Below are positions 26,193 to 38,295 of a stretch of 64,000 bases of DNA, one piece after another; the first letter of the stretch is position 1, and each line of letters opens with the position of its first letter. Under the pieces are notes generated by a model. That model ran no database searches. It was given only the letters and a program-made list of their open reading frames with translations, and was not told the DNA's origin. The position numbers were made by a program, and so were the translations under genes. This DNA is from Ruditapes philippinarum. Taxonomy: Eukaryota. The stretch covers positions 1 through 64,000 of the forward strand of contig NW_026866638.1 in assembly GCF_026571515.1 (NCBI RefSeq), written 5' to 3'.

Positions 26193-26429
26193 TGAAGCGC
26201 GTCACGACAAAAACAACATAATGAGTTTGCGACCAGCATGGATCTAGACCAGCCTGCGCATCCGCGCAGTCTGATCAGGATCCATGCTGTTCGCTATCAG
26301 TTTCTCTACTTGTTATAGGGTTTGTAAGCGAACAGCATGGATCCTGATCAGACTGCGCGGATGCGCAGACTAGTCTGGATCCATGCTGGTCGCAAACCAA
26401 TTATGCTGGTTTTGTCGTGACACGGCTCA
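26193..26429. mobile_element. MITE of about 237 bp, near-perfect hairpin, copy 1
   Basis: Inverted arms of about 100 bp (gtcacgacaaaa..tttgcgaccagcatggatc..gcgcagtctgatcaggatccatgctgttcgc and its reverse complement). Closely similar copy at 55971-56207. Confidence 0.9.
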
Positions 26430-26914
26430 AATGATACATGTCAGAAATATGCTAACTATAAACATTTTTATCCTTTAACTTTATATCCAGTGAATTTATG
26501 ATTCTTTTAATTCATTTAATTTTTTTATGGCCGTTTTTTATTATTTTTATTGTTGGTTAATATTTTGTTTTAATTCTTTAAACATATCTTGTATTAAAAC
26601 CACCTTGAAACAATAACACATGCCTTTGGTCCACCTATCACCTTTCCTGGTTTGAATGAAAGGCTCCTAAATGGCTGAATTCTTAAGGGCAGTAAGAACA
26701 CACATTAGACGGTAAAAGCTGTTAACTCTGCTTGACTGAAACAATTGAAGTTGACATTTATATGATGATGTTTATGCTCGTTATGTTTCTTATTTTCACA
26801 TTCGTAAGTACTTACGATAATACAGGTGCATCCAACTTTTTTTAACTAAAGTCTTAATTTTTTTTGTAATGACGATATTTTAAAAGTATGTCTCTTAACC
26901 CATTGCTTCATGAG

Positions 26915-27285
26915 CATTTTGTGAAAAATGGCTGTTTTCACTAAAAAGTCTCCCGTTACAAAATCAAATTGCTATAAAACTATAAAAAATGCTTCAATAC
27001 TAATCAAACTTGGCACAAATGTTGACTGGACCATTGCTTTTGCAACAATATGCTCAGGCTTAAATTTCCTGTTACCATGGCAATGAGGGGACATCTCAAA
27101 ATTGCCAAAAATCACTATTTTGCTTTGATTTTTTTCCATCAAAATTGATTTCAAAGTGCTGCAACTTCTCATTTGATTTGAATAGAGTCAAATGTTTTTC
27201 AGCGTTGGTTACACGTTACCTTATGATCGATCCGGTGTCATTTTTAGCTTCTTACAAGTTCAAAATTTTCTTGGCGATGAGGGGG
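26915..27285. repeat. Dispersed repeat, copy 2 (inverted relative to 8588-8975)
   Basis: Reverse-complement match to 8588-8975. Confidence 0.75.
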
Positions 27286-27439
27286 ACTCACGTTTTCGTA
27301 CTCAATTGTTTCATCTTATACAATAATCAATTAAAATAGTAAACTGTTATTGATCATGTGCTTATTGAACCAATAATGTTTAAATGCAAGTAAAGTGGAC
27401 TTGTCAATATGTGTAGGAAGTGACTTCAAACATACGATT

Positions 27440-28247
27440 ATAACAAGCAATTTTCAAAGAACTGCATGCAATAAAAAAGTCCCCTAACGATTAGAACTCC
27501 CAAGGAAGTATGTCAGTAATCTCCCTAATTAATGTCTAACAGATGTATTGCTACTATTGCAATATTTTAAGTCTAATTGTTGTCATGGCAACCAGATATT
27601 TAACATGGGAAGGAAAAAAAAAACAAGACAACCGCATGAGGTGTTAAGGCTCATCTGTAAAGGGCCAATACTATCAATTATAAGCATTTTTTTGAAAATA
27701 TTATAACTTTAAAAGGGGGATAACTTTTGAAAGTATAGGTTTCAGAATAATGTTCATTGTCTTACAACTGTGCTTTGTCTCACAATCAAGTTACAAGTTT
27801 ATAGCTTTGTTATATAGAAATCACCCTACGAATAATAAGCAATTTTATGTTAAAAAGTGACATATCTTCAAAACTATAGCTTTCAGAATAATGCCCATTA
27901 TCTTTCAACTGTGCCTTGCTTTGACAAACAAGAATTCAAAGATTCATGTTTCATACTTTCGAAAACATTATACTTGATAGGTAATTTGGACAAAAATTCT
28001 AGATTAAAATGGGTCATAACTCTAATATATATTGATTTCAAAATAATGACCCTTCTTTATCAACTTTTCCTTGTCATATTCATCAAGTGTTCCATGTTCC
28101 ATACTTGACATACAACTGCCTCTTATCATTATAAGGAAGCATTCCAGTGACTGATTGGCGATATTTAAGATTTTACACGACAACAACAACAATGACGCCC
28201 AGCGATCATATCAACTCCACTTTTCTTCGAACCAGACAAATTAAAAC
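27440..28247 (-). mobile_element. Degenerate Helentron-type (HINE-like) element with decayed internal repeats
   Basis: Repeated tttcagaataatg..cattntctt..caactgtgc units, a short caa microsatellite and an A-rich end. Boundaries are approximate. Confidence 0.4.
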
Positions 28248-28589
28248 TGATGTACATAATATTCATGCGACCATCTATCCAAACTTTTAGTCCAATGTGT
28301 TTTAAACAAGGGACACTTTATACAAAAAGAAACCCATTTTTAAGTACAATTTCTTGTCTGTACTGTTTCTGCAATTATGCAATTACATAAACACAACTCA
28401 AAAAAAGAAAAGGAATTAAGACTTAGGAAAGTAAAATTTTGAATAAAATTTCCAAATTATTTGCCAATTCGCTTGCATTGACCTGTTTATTTCTGGTCTT
28501 CATCCTTGCCATATATAATTACCTAATTATAATGCAAAATTGCCAGCATTAAGCCCCGGTTAACAAATTTATACCCGATATTTCAAATA

Positions 28590-29540
28590 TCCTGGAGTTC
28601 TTGTGATAACTTTGAAGACGTCCTTAAGTTCTTATGGTAAATGATAACTTTTGTTACTGCCAGTGTGTTTCTTGCGCTAAATCACAAAAGTTTTCCGACA
28701 AACTTTGTGACAGTTATCACAAGAACTCCTGACAAGTTATCATAAGAACTCCATCCTTCATGTAACAGTTCTTCCCCCGTGTTCTGGGTTATATTTATTG
28801 TGACGGCAGAGAAAGGGATATTGATAGAAATATCATATTCAGATGCCAGTTCAGTGGTTTCATTTTTCTGGGATTTATATTGTAATAACAGGGAACGTGT
28901 ATTATTTTGGCCTATGATACAAAAGAGAAAGAACATCAAAATCAGAACAAATCAGATAGCCTCGTGTATTGATGCTTTTTTTATTACGCGGATTTCACGG
29001 GGAAGAACTATTACACGAAGGATTGAGTTCTTATGATAACTTGTCAAGAAGTTCTTGTGATTAACTGTCACAAAGTTCGTCGGAAAATATTTGTATATAC
29101 TAAAACAACACTCGTCAAAAATGATAATTTCATCTTTAAAAGTGAGTTTTATATGCTAAATTAAACTTTAATGATTAAACTTGCCTATATGCAAATGTTT
29201 TCCGACGAACTCCATGACAGTTATCACAAGAACTCCTTGACCAGGTATCATAAGAACTCCTCCTCGTGTAACACTTCCTCCCCCATCGATATTTGCTTTA
29301 GTATAATTAAGTAATAGAAAGAGCACCGAAACACGAGGCTGTTAATCAGATTGCCGAGTGTTTCGGTGTTCTTTCTCTTTTGTATCATATTCAAACATAA
29401 AAGCACGTTCCCTGTTGTCACAATATGAAACCCCGGCAAAAATGAACCAATGATCGAACATCTGAATATGATATTTCTGTCGATTTCCCTTTCTCTGCCG
29501 TCACAATATGTAAACCCCAGCAAAAATGAACCAATCAATG
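28590..29540. mobile_element. Cluster of one MITE family: a full copy at 28683-29095 with TIRs of about 95 bp, an inverted truncated copy at 29190-29540, and a fragment at about 28590
   Basis: gacaagttatcataagaactc (28731) is inverted as gagttcttatgataacttgtc (29025) and recurs at about 29220-29260. The internal word aacagggaacgtg is inverted as cacgttccctgtt at about 29404. Confidence 0.75.
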
Positions 29541-32053
29541 GGCATGCTCTGGAGTGCGGGTAACTAATACCCGCACTCCAGTTAACGCACTGTGCATGTA
29601 TATGTATACGATTTAACCCTGACACATTTTCAACAGAAAGGTCCCCAAACTATGATACAAACACTCTTTGTAGCATTATTATGCAACCTTTATTATATTA
29701 TCTCTGTCATAGCTCTGTTTCCTCAAGTCTGCCAATTAAGCTTAGACTTATGTTACTCTCGTACCAAAAACAGGGCTTTATAGAATTCTGCTAACGTGTT
29801 TTATTATGATTAAATATTAGGTGAATAAATAGGACCCACAGGTGCTTGAAACATACTTTTTATGTTCTATATTGGCTATATACTATAATAAGATGTATGG
29901 TCTCCAAAGGAACAAAAACACCATGCGGAACAAACAAGAACACTGCTGAAAGAATCGACCAGATCATGGTTACCTGTTTGTGGTCGCCATTTGAAAGCAT
30001 CTTTCCAAGTGTTACCGCTTTTTATTTCATGAAAATCCCTCAAATAGCAAAACAAAGAGGAAAAAATTCACAAAAAACATTATTTTCAATTCATGTCATT
30101 CTCGACGTCCATACCTTTATATCTTAAAATACAACTATAGGCTGATTATGTAAAATATGTGATTTTGTGACTAGCGCCTGTAATAGGACCTGTCTTGTAG
30201 CTTTGTACTTCAAAATCAAAACACTATTTGCAGTGTTTTATTTTCTTTGCATAACGAATATTTGCGTGTACTAATATAATCGTGTACTTAAAGTTTTAAA
30301 GAGGTGGCAGGGGCGGGATTAGGTGTCTGTGGCCAAGTGGTTCAGTTCATTGACCTTAAACAACTTGTCCTCGACTCCTGTGAGGAACTTTGAATTATTT
30401 TAAGTGAGGATGCTAGTCCGTTTAAGCCGAGACGATTATTTGTTTTATGATAAATATAGGGGGATTTCAAAAAATGTAAAGAAAACAGTAGTACAATAAT
30501 TGTGAGGGTTTTTTATACGATACAGACCGTTCTTGTAGCTATAGATAAGTGTCTTTGTGCAGTGAACTGACTTAGATAATGTTTACGCATTTTGTCATTT
30601 TAACTGTGTTATAGTAAAATTGCTTTTCATTATCATGCAATATTATTTAGCAACACAGCTCTAATGCGATATATTTTGCAAATGCATTGGCTTAAACATA
30701 TGTATTTAAGCTCAAATGCGAATCAAGAACTTATATTAATCACTTTCGACTCCGCTTCGAGGCATTATCCAAGCATAGCTCTTGTTTAACTAATGGCTTA
30801 AAGGAAATATAATTTCCAAGCCATTTTACAAGGTTAGATGTGAGTTTTTATCGATACAACAAAGTCTCGGGAGAGTTATTATAACAGTTCAGTCATGTTG
30901 AAGTATATTGATATTGCTGTATTGTTATAGTCACTCAGCGTTTGTAATGGTAATTAAGCCTTGATTGATAATGAAAGGGTTTTAGAAAACATATCATAAA
31001 GTTTCATTTCGTGACAAAAATTAAACAGGAATTGGTTTAAGGTTTATTCTGAGATTTTGTAGTCACGGAACTAGTTATCATACAAATAGTTATTTTCAAA
31101 TGTTAAAAATGAATATATCAATCTATTTTATGATAGTTTACAGAAGAAACAAAAAAATCGTTTTAGCAGGAGCTTCCTCTGTATGGTTAGAATAGGGTGA
31201 TATGAAACTATAGATGAAATGTTGTTCAATGGTATTGTAATCATCTGGGGTATTTCTATATGACAATTCGTTTTGCAATGACAGTAAAATAGTTGACTTT
31301 GATGAAAAAATATCGTTAAAAGGATTGCTTCGATCACGGACTTTGTTTTTGCGACTGACAATTATCGCTTTTTTGTGGTAATAACACTTATAACACATGG
31401 ATATAACTACATGACATTGTTTGTTGAATAATTGAACATGTAACACACAAATATAACTATATGACATTTAATGCTTGCTTTCAATGGAGTGGTTAGAATT
31501 ATATTCGGAATATTAATTCATTTTTCCTAACCTTTGTGAAAAACCGACGACAAATTGAGTAATACAATATCCAACACATTTGTGTTTTAACATTTATAGT
31601 TTTATATTATATGACATGTTAAAATATTTCAAGATGAGTTTATACATGCTTGAATCATACTTGAATCAATTTTACGTAATTGAAATATTGAATATTTAGG
31701 AGAGATAGAAATATTATCACAAAGTAACGTAGTATCACTCTTCAAATATACTTTTCAGTCAAAAATAAGAAAATGCCTAATATGAAAAGCTGTGACACTA
31801 AATGTACTTAAATTTTTTTGCATTTAAACTTAATATACTTTTTGAATCAGAATTAATGTGAGTAATTGATTTTTTGATTTCATTCGATATTTCTATAAGT
31901 GAAGTGATAACAGATTGTTATTCAATATGTGTACATAAAAGCACAAACTTAGAGTAGGATGGACAAATTTTGAAAAGGATACGTGAACTAAAAATATACA
32001 TCATTCGTGTATTCTAACATTTCAGTTGAAAGAACTCCTTTTTGAGTATAATT

Positions 32054-33546
32054 ATGGAAAAGTTGTGCAATATGGACAGAACAAATAACCTGCGAATCAA
32101 TGTAGGTGGAACTATTTTCGTTTGTCATTCACATATTTTTAAATCGTTTCCCGAATCGTTTCTTGCAAATCTTGAAAAACAGGAGCCAAACTATAAAAAT
32201 GATGAATACTTTTTTGACAGAAATCCACATATATTTGCGTACATTCTCGATGGTTTTAGAAAAGGTTCAATACATCTGCCAAAAGATGTCTGTGGAACTA
32301 CTTTTAAAGCGGAGATGGAATACTGGGAAGTGTCAAAAGAACACGTAGCTCCGTGTTGTTGGGAAGCGTTATACAAAAGTGACGAGGATATTTTGACCAT
32401 GCAGAAACTCATCAATGATTGTGAGAAAAACTCCAGCTTCCTAATGATGCAGCAAAAAGATCAAAGCATAAGAAACAGATTATGGTTGTTTCTTGATGAG
32501 CCGAGATCCTCGAAATATGCTATGGTAAATATTGCGACATAAGAATATTCTGTTGAAAAACATCATAAGTCATACACTTTTCTAAAGCATATCAATGCAG
32601 TTGCTATCAGCTTTTAATTATTTTGTATTTCTTAACATAGATTTTTTTTTTAGATTAAATATTTTAATTATTTATTTCCCTGTAAGGAGGTAACAAAGAT
32701 ATTTAATTTCAAAACATTTTATTTCAGGCATGGGCTGCGTTTGTGTCTGTGTTGATTGTTGTGTCAACATTAACAGAAGCGATGACGTCAGTGCCAATAT
32801 TCCATGTAAATTATACCGAGTCTGAACAGAAAATTATTAAAAAGGCAAGTGAATTCTTGAACTGGGATGAATCTTCGTATGAAAAAATGATGACTATGAA
32901 ACCACAACCATATCTGAAACTAGCAGATATTGTTTGTCATAGCATTATAACTCTGGAATTCATTATAACCCTTGTTGTGTGTCACAATAAAATGACTTAT
33001 GTGTTTGATTTCTCACGCATATGTTTAATAATTGGATATTTTTCATTTTGGTTGAAATTAATACTTCAGCTTGAAGAAATAAGTTTGAAATCAGACATAG
33101 CTATAAAAATGATAACAGTGTTTGCTTATTTGACAGTTCTTAAGTTGGCGCGTTTGTTTTATCTAGCAAAGCATATTCCAGCATTTTATGTCATAAGGTT
33201 GACAATGTCCTCCTCAAAGACAGAACTGAAAATCCTTATGGCCATACTTGCTATTTTAATATGTGTTTTTGGGACCTTGATCTATTATGCAGAATATCCA
33301 AATTCAAAAATATCAAACGTATTCATTGGTATGTACTGGGCTTTGATCACTGTTACCACAGTTGGATATGGTGATTACACTCCTCAATCAGTCGCAGGTC
33401 ACGTGATTGCCGGAGCATGCGCATCATGTGGCGTATTGATTCTTGCTTTGCCTATTGGAGTAATTGCTTCGTCTTTCTATACGTTTTATAATTGCAACAA
33501 ATATGGCACGAAACACTACGACCACATTAAAGTTCGTCATAATTGA
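32054..33546 (+). CDS. Shaw/Kv3-like potassium channel, paralogue 4; join(32054..32524,32728..33546), 429 aa
   Basis: T1 with HLPKDVC-X20-CCW. Phase-0 intron (gctatg/gtaaat ... tttcag/gcatgg). Pore YWALITVTTVGYGD and S6 LALPIG. Confidence 0.93.
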
Positions 33547-35392
33547 AAAGCCAAGTTTATTTCACAGTTATTAAAATTTTTTACGTATATTATAGAATTA
33601 TTAAAACTAAATCTCCCTTAAAGACATAGAGCTAAAAGCTCTCATTTACTTCATCAAAGTGTATATTTTTGTATAAGTGTTCATAATTGGTTTTAAGTTT
33701 AAGTGTACGAGTATATTTGAGTGTCATCATCCAATAGAATAAGCGTTATCTACTACACGTAGTAAACGTTTTCAATCATTTTTTCTTTACAATATTATGA
33801 TATCAAAAACATCGTAATGTTAAAAAAATATCAACAAAATTTCTTATGATTATTTGATAAGTTTCCTATGATATATTTGATAAGAGCGACAGTCCTATAT
33901 ACTTTATATAGAAGCAAATACGTAGATGCAAGCGGAGTAGAGTTTGTTCTGATCAGTATGAACGATTAAACTTTTGTTGGATGATTTTTATAATGATGAA
34001 AGTTCCTTAAAAATAACACTATAACTTTTAACTCAGTTCTTTTAATTCTATTATTATATAGACATTGTGTTGATGTATTAATGTATATTTGTAATAGAAA
34101 TAAAAAAAAGTGTTGATATAAAACATATTGTTCTTTTGTGATTATTTCTTTATCTTAGATGTTCAACTAAAGTGTGTGTTGACTTCTCTGTGTTATAAAT
34201 GGTCATTGCATGACTTTCAGGACAAAGATAAAAGTTATTCCCAGGTAATAATAAATTTATTCTTCCTTTCATTTATTTGTTGCTAAATCATTATCTGTTT
34301 TTCTCATCAAAAGAATGAGTCATATAAAAAAAAATACAAATACGCGACCTATTGGCTGTACTTTTGACTAAAACTACAGTACACAATATCCAGGCTAATA
34401 TTCAAAATCAATTGGAAATTGTTCTAAGTCATTGGATAATTAACTATTACGGCCAAATTTTCGATTCGTAATCATTTTCAACCACACTCTCGTCACTTTC
34501 GTCATTAATATAGGTTTAAAATTGATTCGTTTAGAGACTTGCAATAATTATGTTGAAACGTTTCAAAATGTTAAGATGATATTTCAGATTAAACTACACT
34601 TATTCACAAGTCATTCAAAATAATAAGTCGTATGAATTTGGACATAACTTTGAACGTGCTAAACAAACTGACCAACATTTAGATGTTTCAGATCATAGCA
34701 ATACTGATATACAATAAATAAAAGAATCGTATAGTCATACAAATCATTTTTTCAATCTGAAATTAGGTTTTACTTATTTTATATTATAAAATGTTGACAT
34801 TTTCGTCACATTATTAATACTCTCGATCAAACGCGTGTCTGAAGGAATATTTTTGCCAAGTTCATTTTTTCACTTTGTTTCCAGATTTTTATACTGCACA
34901 ACAGCAGGTGTCAAGTGCTGTGTGGCAGCTGTAAAAAGTTGCCCCATACTTCACTTCAGTGTTGTTATGTTTTTCTGGTCCTTCTGGATCATTGATGCCA
35001 GCACTATTAAGTGTTCGGAATTGAGTACCGCTTAAGCCGGTGCTAGGGGGCGTGAGGGATGTTGCACTTATTCATTATCCCTTATGTACAGACTCAATCA
35101 AACCGAGTCTGCAATTTTCATGTTATTTTGTTGTAAATAATGCTTTCGAGGGATCACTTTGTTTCCAGATTTTAAAAGATAATAGAAAATGATAGTCTAG
35201 GAAGGTTTGCAAAATTATTTGTCACATGTTCACATCCTTTCAAGAAGGAAAACCACTGCAATGAGTTTGTTGATTGTATTCGATCGTTCATCAGATAATT
35301 GTTATAGAACACTTGATTCAACGTCATTGAGAATTTTTCTTACCAGATATATTTAACTTTAAAGGTCAATTTTAGTAATTGTCAGTCTCAAT

Positions 35393-35478
35393 AAAAAATG
35401 TGCAGTCTGACCGGGACTCGAACCCGGGACACCCGGAATACCGTACCGCGGCTCTACCGACTGAGCTTTACGGCCGCT
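35393..35478 (-). pseudogene. tRNA-like sequence (tRNA pseudogene or tRNA-derived repeat head)
   Basis: The minus strand has D-arm GCTCAGTCGGTAGAGC, T-arm CCGGGTTCGAGTCCCGG and a following T-run, but the acceptor and anticodon stems pair poorly. Confidence 0.6.
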
Positions 35479-35950
35479 TAAACATATTCCCCCGTAAACA
35501 GTGAACAGTTTTCAAGAAAGATTTATTACTAGATCTATTATTATTATTATTATTATTATTACCATTCAAGTTTTGTAGTTTCTTCTGAGATGATTTGGAT
35601 AGTCCTGTACTTCTGGCTTCGAAAGCTTTAATGTTTTTGTATTCTTGATAATAAATAAATCATGTGCATTAATGGATAAAGACTATATTTCATTGATAGT
35701 TTGCCTACTTCTAGGCAATACAGCAGTAAACACTCTTTTCAACCCCAACAGTTAGAAACATCGCGATATCTCGCGAACCACAGATAAAATTAAACATGTA
35801 TACTTTTGGGTTAATTGAAAATAGAAATAAAACAAAATAAAGTAAATTTACTTTTTATAATATGTAAAGAAATAATTTATTTTTAGATAAATACTGGATA
35901 GAAATCACATAATTTATTTCTCATATGCCAATTAGTGTGCCAATTTACCA

Positions 35951-36473
35951 CATATTAAAGGTCATCTCGGGACTACGGTATTAACCATATTGTCAGGGTG
36001 GCGGCGGAGTGCTAAACTATCAGACATATTAGAGGTCATCTCGGGACTACGGTTTTAACCATATTGTCAGGATGGCGGCGGAGTGCTAAACTATCAGACA
36101 TGTTAGAGGTCATCTCGGGACTACGGTATTAACCATATTGTCAGGATGGCGGCGGAGTGCTAAACTATCAGACATGTTAAAGGTCATCTCGGGACCACGG
36201 TATTAACCATATTGTCAGGATGGCGGCGGAGTGCTAAACTATCAGACATGTTAGAGGTCATCTCGGGACTACGGTTTTAACCATATTGTCAGGATGGCGG
36301 CGGAGTGCTAAACTATCAGACATGTTAGAGGTCATCTCGGGACTACGGTATTAACCATATTGTCAGGATGGCGGCGGAGTGCTAAACTATCAGACATGTT
36401 AAAGGTCATCTCGGGACCACGGTATTAACCATATTGTCAGGATGGCGGCGGAGTGCTAAACTATCAGACATGT
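35951..36473. repeat. 74-bp tandem repeat, 7 copies
   Basis: ggtcatctcggga recurs at 35960, 36034, 36108, 36182, 36256, 36330 and 36404. Copies are nearly identical and have no spacers. Confidence 0.97.
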
Positions 36474-38295
36474 CTGTATGTTTATGCTCAAATTTAGGAT
36501 TTTATTGCTGCTGTTTTTTTTATTAAAGTAAAGTTTAAATATCGTGTTTAATATCGTATCAGATAGTAGCACTTTATTTATGCAAAATCCAATACGAGCG
36601 TGTCAGCACCGTTTTTATTATGTAAATAAGACTAATTGTGTTAGATTCCTAGCACAATTATTAGTTAGCTTTACCTATTCCATTGACGTAAGCGTATACG
36701 CCCTATCACAGTATAAAACGAGTACTGATATGGACGTCATGGGTGTTTTCCCCTTTATGTTTAATGCAAACATCTGCGCAGATCTACACAGTCATTCGTC
36801 AAAGTATTCCTTCATACGGCCCTTCTCAACGTATGTAGTGCACACCATTCTTTTGCAGTCATCTGTGCTTGTGTAAAACACCACTTGTTCATCTCAACTA
36901 CAGACATAAAGCCAGCTTATTATCAGAATGTATCTAAAAAATATATATCTGTCATATAATTCTCTTTGTGAATAATGTACTAACATTTTCCAAATTGAAG
37001 CCTACGTTGATCATATATGAAAGGATCGCGTTCCAGGTCATCTATTGTATTAAATATTATTCTCCCCTGACACAATTTGGAATGTTATTAACGTAAAGCA
37101 CTCATTGTTTCTCTTCTGTAAAGTTTAACAATTAAATCATATTGAAGAGAGCCCTTATCATAGCAAATTCCACATAATCAATTAAATCAATATTTGTTTA
37201 GGGAAACTACTGAATAACGGGATTCAATAATATCTAGTCATTACTTAGAATGACAATGAAATCAACCAGGAGAGATTTTTCAGCATTGTATTAAACAGAG
37301 ATACATATGATCTAGTTTCTCTTTGTACAAACATTATCAGATCAAATATGAAAATAACGTTGTTAATTGGTATGTCATTATTTTGTTGATGACAAAGCAG
37401 AAAAGACTTAAAGTTATGATAATAATCATTTTATTATGATGAGAGTGAAGCTGTAATAACAAATGGTTTAATCATATTCTATTTGTCATATACAAAAACA
37501 CATTTTATATGACATTTTCAATACAAAAATGGATTAGATTGGAAGCAACTAAATTCTTATTGAAGTCTTTTCCCGAAGTAAGTTATATTGTGTTATTGCA
37601 AGACGCCTTGGATAAGGCGATAGATTTTATCATTTGTTGACGAAGAAAGTCATCTTAGTAACTATTATTACCGGCAGTCTAATTAACTGAAGCACTTTCA
37701 CGGTTCTTTTGGTGTGTCTCTTATAAACTCGGTATTTTGAGGCGTAGTGTAGGTCCAGTTTTAATGACAATGGGAAAATACAATATTAAAGTGGCAATCT
37801 TTAATCAGAACAGTGAAAACAATACCACAAAGATAGTAAAAACGTTTATTATAAAAATGTGAAATATAAAAAGGCATAAACTATTCGCCTAATAAAAAGT
37901 ATCGAAGAAATTGTTGAATAAAAAAGAATGTAAAGAAAACAAATACATTGCACATTCAAAAGTCATTTCCATATCCCATTATTTTATTAATTTTCTTGAA
38001 ACAGTGTCGAACAGATATCATATTTCAAGAATGGCAGGTACTAAAGTTAATCAACTAAGTCAACTTTCTACTTTATTTTTGTTTTTCTTGAGGGCTGGAA
38101 AATGTTACGAAAAAGACATGTGTTACTGCGTCATGTATTTCAAGTGATTTCTCCCATAATTTTTTACTTAAGATAGCATAATACAACCGAAGTCACTGTC
38201 ATAAGCACTATACATATACGTTTTTTCAACAATCACAGAATAAATGTTATTAATAATAAACAGGTGCAAGGTAAACTTTAAAAAATTAATATGTA

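Noticed and set aside
23275-30420. Additional SINE heads at about 23275-23320, 30320-30420 and 10645-10680
   Set aside because: A-box-like words are visible, but the copies are too decayed to delimit with confidence.
35393-35478. Functional tRNA gene
   Set aside because: D and T arms are present, but the acceptor and anticodon stems do not pair properly.
35951-36473. CRISPR array
   Set aside because: Units are contiguous near-identical 74-mers with no unique spacers, there are no cas genes, and the context is eukaryotic.
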